From an uncultured Acidobacteriota bacterium (GTDB lineage: Bacteria; Acidobacteriota; Vicinamibacteria; Vicinamibacterales; SCN-69-37): DNA of 64,000 bases. Below the pieces are notes generated by a model. It was not told the origin of the DNA and ran no database searches. It saw only the letters and a program-made list of their open reading frames with translations. Positions within the stretch are counted from its first letter, which is position 1; every line of letters starts with the position of its first letter. The position numbers and the translations under genes were made by a program. This document shows, piece after piece, positions 28,800-38,753 of this stretch. Where the stretch lies: positions 397,472 through 461,471 of the forward strand of contig CAVRVJ010000005.1 of NCBI GenBank assembly GCA_963724645.1. Reading direction: 5' to 3'.

Positions 28800-28977
28800 A
28801 ATCTTTTGGATTCTCCGGTGTTTACCAGGCCAGAACTACCACATTATCTATAATTTACAGCCAGCACACCATGGCATGCTGTTGGCTGAAGTGCGCTCAG
28901 AACAGTCCTGCATTTAGCTTGCGTTAGAGATTCGCCGTTTCCAAGCCTCCCCGGCTTTCCAATGACGGAGGAGATAA
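28800..28977 (+). promoter_or_regulatory. AT-enriched leader/promoter region of the TonB-dependent receptor gene
   Basis: Visibly lower GC than the surroundings. TATAAT at 28849-28854, imperfect inverted repeat 'gccagcacaccatggcatgctgttggc' (28861-28887) and RBS 'ggaggag' 4 nt before ATG 28978. No convincing -35 at canonical spacing. Confidence 0.25.
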
Positions 28978-31900
28978 ATGCGCGGGCGAACCATCGTTTG
29001 GTCCCTCATCGTGCTTGCCCTTCTTGCCTCGACGGCATGGGCTCAGACGGAAACCGGCCGCATCACCGGCACGGTCACTGATCCGCAGGACCGAGTCGTG
29101 CCGGGGGTGGCCGTCACCGCCACGTCGACGTCGAGCGGGAGTGTCCGATCGACAGTAACCGACAGTGACGGCAAGTACGTGCTCGCCAACCTGCAGCCCG
29201 CGACCTACGACGTCAAGTTCGAGTTGACGGGTTTCAAGGCCACCACGTCGCGCCGCATCATTCAGGTGGGTCAGGCCATGAATATCGACACGAAGCTCGA
29301 GGTCGGCGGCATGACAGAGATGGTCTCGGTCACGGCCACCGCGGAGACGATTAACACCGCCAACGCCGAAGTGGCGACCATCGTCCGTGAGAGCGAGATT
29401 CGCGAGATGCCGAACCTGGAGCGCGATCCGTACTCGCTGGTCCAGTTGTCCGGCAACGCGCAGGACGCGCCCCACGAAGAGCTCCTCCGCAACAACGCGT
29501 ACCGCGGCGTCGGATTCAACATCAACGGCGGCCGTGCAGCTGGCACGCACGTGCTCCTGGACGGCGCGTCGAACAACTTCGAGTTCGACACGACGGTCGG
29601 ACAGCACGTACCGCTCGATGCGGTGCAGGAATTCTCCGTGGTCACCAACAACTTCTCGGCGCAGTATGGTCGCGCAACCGGCGGCGTCGTTAACGTGGTC
29701 ACGAAGTCGGGCAGCAACACGTACGAGGGCACCGCCTACGAGTTCTGGCGCACCCAGAGTCTGTCGGCCAACTCGCCGGACAATATCGCCAACAACGTGC
29801 CGAAGGGCCAGTTCACCCGCAATCAACCGGGGTTCAGCCTGGGCGGTCCGATCGCTGAAGAACAAGGTGCACTTCTTTTCCAGTCTTGAAGTGATCGACA
29901 TCAAGAGCACCGACACGCAATTCTCGTGGATCCCGACACCGGAGCTGCTCGCGGCGAGCTCGCCGGAGACCACGAGCGTACTTCGCGGCCTATGACAAGG
30001 GCGCGGTGATCAATGGCCCGCTCCTCACGCGTGGCGCGGTCTCCGGCATCCTGGACCCCACGGGGAGCGGCACCGGCGCGTTCAGCTCAGCTCCCGGCGA
30101 GTCTTCCAGTGTTCGGCAGGGTCGACAAGGTGCTGCCGATCGACGCCGGCGGCGGGACACCCGAAAAGGACTATCAGTTCGTTGGCAAGGTCGACTGGAA
30201 CATGGGGAACGTGACGCAAGCGTATGTCCGCTACGCGTTCGAGAATGTGCAGACCGACGCCGGCACGAACTCCTCCAGCCCGTATCCCGGCTTCGACACC
30301 GGCCAGCACAACAGGAACCAGCATCTCCTCGGCTCGGTGACGCACGTGTACTCACCGACGATGACCAGCCAGACGAAGGCGGTCTACAGCCGCGTCAATA
30401 ACCAGCAGCCGACCAACGGCGGGTCCCCCGACGCCGCGGCTCATGATGAACCCGAATGGCCCCATTTCGCTGCAGGGCTATAACATCACGTTCCCGGGTT
30501 ACCTGCCGTGGAGCCCGTCGAACGACATTCCCGCGGGCGGACCGCAGAACACGATTCAGCTCTACCACGACGTGACCTGGCTGAGAGGCAACCACGACTT
30601 CCGGTTCGGCGGCTCGTACATTCACATGGCCGACGACCACACGTTCAGCGCATATTCGAACGCGGTCGAGGCGCTGAACTCCCAACAACGCCAGCCTGCC
30701 CTCCCTGGACAATCTCGTCACCGGTAACGTCTTGAGATTCCAGGCGGCCATCAACCCGAACGGGTATCCCGGCGGCACGTTCACGACGCCCGTCAGCCAA
30801 CCGAGCTTCCTGAGCCACAACCGGTACAACGAGTTCTCGTTCTACGCCCAGGACAACTGGAGCGCGACGAGCCGGATCAGGGCGAATCTCGGCTGCGGTA
30901 CGACTACTTCGGTCCGCAGTCGAAGAGCGATCCGAAGTACGACTCGAACTTCTACTATGGCGATCCGAATCTGAACATCACGACGGCCACGCCGGCGCAA
31001 ATCATCGACGCCGTGCGCACGGGCGCGACCAAGCCGTCGAACGAGGGTCCGACCGGCACGCTGTGGAAGAACGACTGGAACAACTTCGCGCCGCGCCTCG
31101 GATTTGCCTGGGACGTGAACGGCGACGGCAAGACGAGCGTTCGCGGCGGCTACGGCATGTCGTACGAGCGGAACTTCGGCAACGTCACGTTCAACGTGTT
31201 GTTCAATCCTCCGCTCTACCTCGTGTCGACGATCGACACAGGCACGAACCCCGGCCAGCTGCCGTCGCAGCCCATTTACGTCGACAACGGCGGTCCGTTC
31301 GCCGGCTCGGGCGTGACGAAGACGATTCCGCCCGGCAGTCTTCGCCATGTCGACCAGAACATCCAGACGGCCTACATGCACCAGTACGGCGTCTCGTGCC
31401 AGCGCGAGGTCAGGCCCGGATGGGTCGCCTCCGTCGAATACAACGGATCGACCGGCCGCAAGCTGTACGATCTCGCCGACATCAACAAGCGCGGCGCGCC
31501 GCTCGTCTATGAGGGTGCGGCAAGTTGCGTCGCCGCGTTGGGGCGGCGTGAACGCGGACGACCGGCCCAACAACCTGTATACCGCGTTCAACACGCGCGG
31601 CAACCGCGGGCAGTCGCAGTTCAACGGCATGACGGCGTCGCTGGACGCTCGAGCTTCGGGCAACCGGGCTGACGTTCTCGTCGAAGTACACGCTGAGCCA
31701 GCCAAGGACAACCTGAGCAGCACGTTCAGCGACGGCAACAACGGGTATTTCAACCTCGGCTACATGAATCCGTTCGATCCCATGCTGGATTACGGCTATG
31801 CCGAGTACGACGTGCGGCACCGTTTCCTGCTGTCGGCCGATCTGGAATGTGCCGTTCCTACACGACGCGACCGGGCGTGAAGCGGACGCTGCTCGGCGGC

Positions 31901-32398
31901 TGGACCGTGAGCTGGATTTTCACGGCGCAGGACCGGCTATCCGTTCACTATCTATGACTGCACGAACGGACGGTCGACAACTGCATGCGCGCGCCATCGA
32001 CACCGTCGAGCGTCAGCCGAGACGCGCAATGGCAGCAAGGCGACCGGCAATCCCAACGAGTACCAGCTGCTGGATCTGACGCCGAAACTGGCGCTGTGCG
32101 GCTCGTACGCCAATCCGCTGACCGGCACGTCGGACTTCGGCCCGTTTCCGGTCGAGCATGACCAACGCGTAATGACTTCCGCGGACCGGGAGCCTGGTTC
32201 CTCGACATGGGCCTGGGCAAGCGGTTCCGGTTCGGGTCGCGTCAAGCCTTCCAATTCCGGATCGAGACCTTCAACCTGCTGAATCACGCCAACATGCTCG
32301 TGCACACGGAGAACGCCGACGTCAGCAGCTTCTCGCAGATCACCGGGTACAAGGATGGCAATCGCCGCGCCCAGATCGGCGTCAAGTTCGAGTTCTAG
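28978..32398 (+). pseudogene. TonB-dependent outer-membrane receptor with N-terminal carboxypeptidase-regulatory-like domain; at least 12 frame slips
   Basis: Signal peptide plus 'GRITGTVTDPQDRVVPGVAVTAT...DGKYVLANLQPATYDV' (CarboxypepD_reg), plug-like 'INGGRAAGTHVLLDG' and a terminal beta-strand '...RRAQIGVKFEF*'. Barrel sequence can be followed across ORFs 28978.., 29387.., 30006.., 30013.., 30443.., 30732.., 31013.., 31347.., 31798.. and 32207..32398. Confidence 0.75.
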
Positions 32399-32422
32399 TC
32401 AGCGGGATCTCAGCCGACTCGC

Positions 32423-32458
32423 GAGGGGAAACCGCCGAGGTTTCCCCTCTTCTTCTAT
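32423..32458 (+). terminator. Rho-independent terminator
   Basis: Perfect 11-bp stem 'gaggggaaacc' / 'ggtttcccctc' (32423-32433 and 32439-32449), 5-nt loop, then 'ttcttctat'. It lies 25 nt after the receptor stop. Confidence 0.7.
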
Positions 32459-32491
32459 AAGGACGCCTTTGCGGAAGACGTACGACCGGTA

Positions 32492-33037
32492 TTGACGTCG
32501 CACGGGTCCGGATTCACCGTTTTCTTTACGGGCCTGCCGGCGTCCGGAAAGTCCACGCTCGCAGCGGCCGTGCAGCGCCGCCTCGAAGGACTCACCGGAC
32601 GGACCGTCACGCTGTTCGATGGCGACGCCGTTCGGCAGACGGTCTCTGCCGGCCTGGGCTATTCGAGAGAGGATCGTTTGGCGCATCTCCAACGAGTCGG
32701 CCGGTTGTCGGCGGAAATCACCCGCCGCGGCGGCATCGCTTTATGCGCCATGATCGCTCCGTACGACGCGGCCCGCCGGGACGCGCGCGCCCTTATCCAA
32801 CCGCTGGGCGGATTCGTGCTCGTCTATCTCTCGACCCCGCTGGCGACATGCGAGGCGCGCGATCCCAAGGGTTTGTATGCGAAAGCGCGCGCTGGACGCA
32901 TCGAGCACTTCACGGGCGTCTCCGATCCTTACGAACCCCCGGTCGACGCGGAGGTCGAGATCGACACGAGCACCGGCAGTCCCGAGGACGCGGCGGCGCG
33001 TGTCGTCGCATATCTACGCGAGGCGAAGTTGGTGTGA
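32492..33037 (+). CDS. cysC: Adenylyl-sulfate (APS) kinase
   Basis: P-loop 'FTGLPASGKSTLA', 'DGDAVRQ', 'GYSREDRLAHLQRVG', 'RDPKGLYAKARAGRIEHFTGVSDPYEPP'. Confidence 0.85.
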   Translation: MTSHGSGFTVFFTGLPASGKSTLAAAVQRRLEGLTGRTVTLFDGDAVRQTVSAGLGYSREDRLAHLQRVGRLSAEITRRGGIALCAMIAPYDAARRDARALIQPLGGFVLVYLSTPLATCEARDPKGLYAKARAGRIEHFTGVSDPYEPPVDAEVEIDTSTGSPEDAAARVVAYLREAKLV

Positions 33038-33062
33038 CGCCCGAGCTGCCCTGAGTTTGAAG

Positions 33063-34263
33063 TCAATTGGTGCAGTGCCGGCTTGCGATGTCGTCGCGTT
33101 TCTTCTTGAACGCTGCGACCCAGTCTTCCACGGTGACGCGATTCTCACCCAAGAATGCCTGGTCGGTAGATCGCAACGGGAACCGGGCGACCTCAAAGAG
33201 ATCGTGAATCTGACTGTCTGAGAGCTTCGCGAGCAGATCGGACAAGAACTGACGCCCGGCCTCGCTGATCACGGGATCGTGCATCGAGCCGGAGAACGAC
33301 CTCGGCAGGTTGCCGATGCACGCCTCGTCCTTCTTCCAGATCGGCGTTTGCGACCACCGATCGAAGTTGACGCTCTCGAGGCTGCCCCGATTCAGGATGT
33401 CGACGCGGCCGAATGTGAGGCCGAGATCGTTGATGAGCATGAAGGGATGGAGGCACAATTCGCCGCCCTCGGGCTCGGGCTCCTGGCTCCAGGCGTCGTC
33501 TGGCTGCCGGCTCTGCGCCTCCCCTGCCGTCTGTGCTTCATCCTTCACGCTTTTCTCGTGCTTTTCCTTGTCTTTTTCCTTGTCCAGGCAGACGAGCCGC
33601 TGCTGTTCAGGCTTGTTGTCGCCGTGCTGCATGAGAACGGCGAGCAGTTTCAGGGCATCGCGGTGCGCCTGTGGCGCCCCGCCCGCTGCCTCCTGGACGA
33701 GATCCAGTTCCCTCCACGACCACCCCTCATCGGAATGGGTTTCGACAGTCTTGCCGCTCGCCTTGCGCTCGATCGACGCCGCCTCGAAGACAGATTCATC
33801 CGCGCGTTCGCCTCGCAACCCGCCCAGTTTGGTTGGACACCCCCGGCAGATCACCGTGACCGGGTACATGCGGTCGGCTCCGAATCCGAGGGCCCACAAC
33901 AGCCGCGTGCCGGCCACCTCGCCGTAGACTTCGCCGTTCTTCTGGCCGTACCTTCACCTTCACCTCGTCGTCTGGCGATACCGCGCACGAGAATTTCGGG
34001 GACCCCCCGCGCAGCTTCCTGTCGACGTAATCGCACGCAACGGCTTCACCCGGCGCGACAGCACCGGGCCCGGCCGGACCTGCTTTCAAATCACGCGAGG
34101 CAATATCGACGGGAGTCCAGACTTGCGATCGCCGCAGGATCGCCATGCGGTCTTCCGCTGTCAGTGGCCTGGCGGTCCGACGATCCTGGGCCGCCGATGA
34201 AATGCCCATGGCAGCCATCAGCGTCGAAAAAACCAGGGCTGAGGCGAGCTTCGATGCTCTCAT
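33063..34263 (-). pseudogene. Secreted protein of unknown function, one frame slip near 33945
   Basis: Signal peptide 'MRASKLASALVFSTLMAAMGISSAAQD' (ORF 33796..34317). It continues as '...YGQKNGEVYGEVAGTRLLWALGFGADRMYPVTVICRGCP...' (ORF 33063..33917). Internal Lys/Glu/Asp-rich insert 'DKEKDKEKHEKSVKDE'. Confidence 0.55.
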
Positions 34264-34387
34264 GCCTGAGAGTGTTGCAAGAAGCCATCCAGCGGCGTGG
34301 CTCTCGCGGGCGCACAAGAACCATCAGTGAAAGTGACCGGTTTCAAGTCACGCGCGCGGGCTGGCCAGGAGTCGGATCGTGGCCGCC

Positions 34388-37005
34388 TTACGCCGTCGGA
34401 ACTGTCCGGCCGGGAAGTGCCGCCAGCGTGGCGACGGTGACGATCAGTTCGGCGGGATCGACCGGTTTGGCGACGTGCATCTGGAAACCGCCAGCCAAGA
34501 CGCTGATGCGATCCTGTGAACGCGCGTAGGCGGTCAGAGCTGCGGCCGGAACCTCGCGCGCCGAGGGCACTCGTCCGCGCCGCAGTTCCCTCATGAATTC
34601 GAGTCCGTCCATCGCGGGCATCCCGATATCCGCGATGATCACGTGCGGGAGACTCTGCGCGAGCAGTTCGAGCGCGCACGCCGCCGACGAGGCCGTCCAC
34701 ACCTGCGCTCCGGCGGCCTCGAGGATTTCCCGCATCAGGCTCAGCGCATCGTCCTCGTCGTCTATCGCCAGGACCTTGATGCCATCGAGACGATGCGGCA
34801 CAGGCACTTCGGCGGGCCGTTCCTCCCGCGGGTGGACACGCGGGATCTCGGACCGGGGATCGGGATGCACGATCATGAGCGGCAGCCCGACCGTGAACGT
34901 CGCACCAGTCCCGGGCCCCTCGCTCGAGGCGTGAACCGTGCCGCCGTGCAACTCCACGAGCTCGCGGACGATAGCCAGTCCCAGCCCAAGGCCGCCGTGG
35001 TCGCGAGCGAACGCGCTGTCGGCCTGACGAAATCTCTCGAAGAGGTGCGGCACGAACTCGGGTGAGATGCCCCGGCCCGTGTCGCTGACGACGATCTCGA
35101 TATGCGAGTGGATCCGCTGCACCTTGATCTGAATGCGGCCACCCCTGGGCGTGAATTTCACGGCATTGGCCAGAAGGTTCCAGACGACCTGCTGAAGCCG
35201 GTCGGGATCGCCGGACACCGGCGGCAGCTGCGGGTCGAGCACGCTGTAAAGTCGGAGGCCTTTGGCGTCGGCGGCAGGCGTCACCGTCGCGACCGCGAGC
35301 TTGACAACCTCGGCGACATCGACCGGCTGCACGTTCAATCGAAGCTTTCCCGACACGATACGCGAGACGTCCAGGACGTCCTCGATGATCTGTTTCAGCG
35401 AGTTGGCGTTGCGTTCGATCACAGTGATGGCGTGCGCCTGTTTCGGCGCGTCAAGCACGTTCATCCCGAGCATCTTGGCGTAACCGAGGACGGCGTTCAG
35501 CGGCGTCCGCAATTCGTGGGAGAGCGTGGCGAGAAAATCGTCCTTGAGCCGGTTGGCGTCGCTCGCCTGCTGATAGATGCGGGCGTTGTCGATCGCCACG
35601 GCCGCGCGTGTGGCCAGATCCTGTGCGAACTGAAGGTCTGCGGCCGTATAGTGCCGGCCGGACTCGGCCGTCACCAGCGTGATGGCCCCAAGCGTCTGGC
35701 CGCGCGCAACCAGCGGCACGCACATGTAAGAGGCCAGCGCCAGCTCGTCGATCAGCCGGAGATGCTCCACGTCGCCAGCCGTGGCGACGAGCATCTCCCG
35801 CGGAATCGTCGCCATCATCGTCGGTTGACCCGTTCGAATGACCTGGCGTACGCCGCCGAAAGCGTTGGGATCCTCCGGGTAGAGCTCCTGAAGGAGGCGT
35901 GCCAGCTCGACTTTCAACGGGTCCACGTGCGCGACGGCGAGCCGCTTGATCTGGCCGGCCTCGTGGACAATGTCGACCGCGCACCAGTCGGCGACATAGG
36001 GAACCGCCAGATCGGCGACCGCCGCAAGCGTCTTCTCGTAGTCGAGCGAGCTGGCCAGCAGAACACCAGCTTTGGCCAGGAAGGCCGCCTGCTGCGTGCC
36101 GCGTTCGGAGGCGCTGTACAGGTCCGCCATGGACATCGCAGCCGCCGCCAGGTTCGCGAGGGCCTGCCCTGTCCGCGTTTCAACGGTTGTGAACCGGTGC
36201 GGCGTCCGGTAGTAGAAGACCAGCATGCGCGAACGCACCCCCCGATCGTCAGTGGAAACACCTGCATCGATCGGACACCTTCCGATCGATAGGCCTCCTG
36301 CTGGCGGTGCAGCAACGGCTGCGTCTGCACATCCTCGACTAAAAACGGCTCGCCGAGTGTCACGGTCGGCGAAGAGGATTCGAACTCCGACGTGAGCAAG
36401 CGGCTGGAGAATTCGCGCGAGAGTCCATCCGACCCGACGACGCGCCAGACGCCCGAGGCCGGCTCGATCCCCCACAAGGCGTACGCGTCGGCAGCGACCA
36501 GATCGTGCGCGGTCGCGATCGTTGCCGCCTGAACGTCCTCGATGTTGGGCGAGTGCAGCATCGCAGACGACGCGGAGACCAGCGCGAGCAGCCGGCGCTG
36601 CAGGTCGGTCAGTTCGGCTTCGGATCGCTTCCGCTCACTGATGTCCCTGACGATGGTCGAGGCGCCGATGACGGCGCCCTGCCGGTCTCGAATAGGCGAG
36701 ATACTAATTGAAACGTCAACGAGGGTTCCGTCCTTGCGCCGGCGCACGGTCTCGAAGGGCTTGATTGGGTCGTTGTTGAGGATCCGCCGAAGGACGCTGG
36801 CTTCCTCCTCGTGACGATCTTCTGGAATGATGAGGGTGACAGGGCGGCCGAGCACTTCTGCCGCCGTGTAGGCGAACATCCGCTCGGCCGCGTCGTTCCA
36901 GGACGTGATGTTTCCATCGAGATCCTTGCTGAGAATCGGATCCTCGGAGGACTCGACGATTGCCGAGAGTCGCAACGCGGCAAAATCGTCCAGGTCTTCG
37001 GACAT
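34388..37005 (-). pseudogene. PAS-GAF-GAF hybrid sensor histidine kinase with C-terminal receiver domain, one frame slip near 36240
   Basis: PAS 'ITSWNDAAERMFAYTAAEVLGRPVTLIIPED' (ORF 35914..37005). GAF regions, H-box 'LSHELRTPLNAV', 'DTGRGI', 'GGLGLGLAIV' and receiver 'VLAIDDEDD...ADIGMPAMDG...K' (ORF 34388..36475). Confidence 0.8.
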
Positions 37006-37159
37006 ATGGAAGACGATTTTAAGCCCGAGTCCACCGGCTCCGAAGAGCGGCTCGTGGAAAAGGGAGAACGCGGTGGAACGGTGTCGATTCGGACCGCGGC
37101 CGTTCGTTTAGATGATGAGCAGCCGGCATGGCGCCGGCGGCAGCCCGAAGGAGGCATCG

Positions 37160-37519
37160 ATGAACCATTACCTGCTCAGCATCTACCAGCCCGACGGCGA
37201 AGCTCCACCACCCGAAATCCTGCAGCCCATCATGAAGAACGTCAACCTGGTGCGCGAGGAGATGAAGGCGGCCGGCGTCTGGGTGTTCGCAGCCGGACTC
37301 CATCCACCGAGCACGGCCACTGTCGTGCGAATGAAGGACGGCGAATTGCTGACCACCGATGGCCCGTTTACTGAAGGCAAGGAGCACATTGGAGGCTTTT
37401 CGATCGTCAAGGCGGCCGATCTCGATGCCGCCCTCGAGTGGGGGAGCAAGCTCGCCCGTGCGACGACGCTTCCGATCGAGGTCCGGCCCCTCCGGCCGCA
37501 CGGCAGCCAGGATGCCTGA
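37160..37519 (+). CDS. YCII-related (DGPF) domain protein
   Basis: '[16 protein letters not shown]...[29 protein letters not shown]'. ATG 37160 within ORF 37112..37519. Confidence 0.75.
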   Translation: MNHYLLSIYQPDGEAPPPEILQPIMKNVNLVREEMKAAGVWVFAAGLHPPSTATVVRMKDGELLTTDGPFTEGKEHIGGFSIVKAADLDAALEWGSKLARATTLPIEVRPLRPHGSQDA

Positions 37520-38741
37520 CGGGCCGGTCGGATCGCCGTCGGAGATCGAACGGGTCTTCCGTCAGGAGTACGGCCGCGCGGTTGCGTCCCTGGTGCGTGT
37601 CTTCCATGACATCACCCTCGCCGAGGAGGCGGTGCAGGACGCGTTCACGACGGCCGTGCAGCGGTGGCCTTCGACCGGGCTGCCGCCGAGCCCGGTTGGG
37701 TGGATTATCACGACGGCCCGCAATCGGGCCGTCGATCGCCTCCGCCGCGAGGCCTCCCGAGATGACCGCCACGCCCAGGCCGCGCTCATGCACGAGAGCA
37801 GTCAGGTTGAGGAGGATGTTGTGGAGGACGATCGACTGCGCCTGATCTTCACGTGCTGTCATCCGGCGCTCGCGCCGAGCGCGCAGGTCGCCCTGACCCT
37901 CCGGCTCCTCGGCGGGCTCACAACACCGGAAATCGCACGAGCCTTCCTGGTGCCTGAGGCGACGATGGCCCAACGGCTGGTCCGAGCCAAAGGGAAGATC
38001 CGGGATGCGGGCATTCCCTACAGGGTGCCGGCGGACGTCAATCTGCCCTTCCGCCTTCGATCCGTGTTGGCCGTCGTCTACTTGATCTTCAACGAAGGCT
38101 ACACGCCGAGTTCGGGCGAACGGCCGGTCCGCCAGGAACTCTGCGCGGAAGCCATCCGCCTTGGACGATTACTCGCGGAGCTGATGCCCAGGGAACCGGA
38201 AGTGATCGGGCTGCTCGCGTTGATGCTGCTCATCGAATCGCGCCGCGGAGCGCGGTTTGGATTGAACGGCGGGCTGATTCTGCTGGCCGATCAGGATCGC
38301 CGCACATGGGATCGCACCCTGATTGCCGAAGGTCAGATGCTCGTGCGGCGGTGCCTTCGGCGCAACCGGCCTGGCCCCTATCAGATTCAGGCGGCAATCA
38401 ATGCCGTGCACAGCGACGCGCGCACCGCTGCCGACACAGACTGGCGTCAGGTCCTGCAGTTGTACGATCAGCTCCTGGCGCTGGCGCCAAGTCCGGTCGT
38501 CGCTCTCAATCGCGCGGTCGCGGTCGCCGAAGTCGAGGGACCTCACGCGGGACTGACGCTCATCGATGAGCTCGACCTCGCTCATTACCACTTGTTCCAT
38601 GCCATCCGCGCCGAGCTGCTCCGGCGATTGGGCCGCCCCCTCGAAGCGATTGCGGCGTACGACGCGGCAATTGCGCGAAGTGAGAACGCGGTCGAGCGCG
38701 CCTTCCTTCAGAGCAAACGCGCGGCGGTCGCGCGAGTGTGA
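37512..38741 (+). CDS. ECF-type sigma-70 family RNA polymerase sigma factor with long C-terminal TPR-like extension
   Basis: ATG 37512 (8-nt overlap with the YCII gene). Region 2 '[16 protein letters not shown]...[18 protein letters not shown]', region 4 '[28 protein letters not shown]'. A YCII + sigma pairing is a known arrangement. Confidence 0.8.
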   Translation: MPDGPVGSPSEIERVFRQEYGRAVASLVRVFHDITLAEEAVQDAFTTAVQRWPSTGLPPSPVGWIITTARNRAVDRLRREASRDDRHAQAALMHESSQVEEDVVEDDRLRLIFTCCHPALAPSAQVALTLRLLGGLTTPEIARAFLVPEATMAQRLVRAKGKIRDAGIPYRVPADVNLPFRLRSVLAVVYLIFNEGYTPSSGERPVRQELCAEAIRLGRLLAELMPREPEVIGLLALMLLIESRRGARFGLNGGLILLADQDRRTWDRTLIAEGQMLVRRCLRRNRPGPYQIQAAINAVHSDARTAADTDWRQVLQLYDQLLALAPSPVVALNRAVAVAEVEGPHAGLTLIDELDLAHYHLFHAIRAELLRRLGRPLEAIAAYDAAIARSENAVERAFLQSKRAAVARV

Positions 38742-38753
38742 TGGGCGAGGTGC

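Noticed and set aside
28764-28977. Cobalamin riboswitch upstream of the TonB-dependent receptor
   Set aside because: I found no B12-box-like consensus or the multi-helix pairing expected. The region is simply AT-richer, with a TATAAT and an RBS.
28924-29973. 349-aa minus-strand ORF
   Set aside because: It is antisense to the N-terminal, best-conserved part of the TonB-dependent receptor and has shadow-ORF composition.
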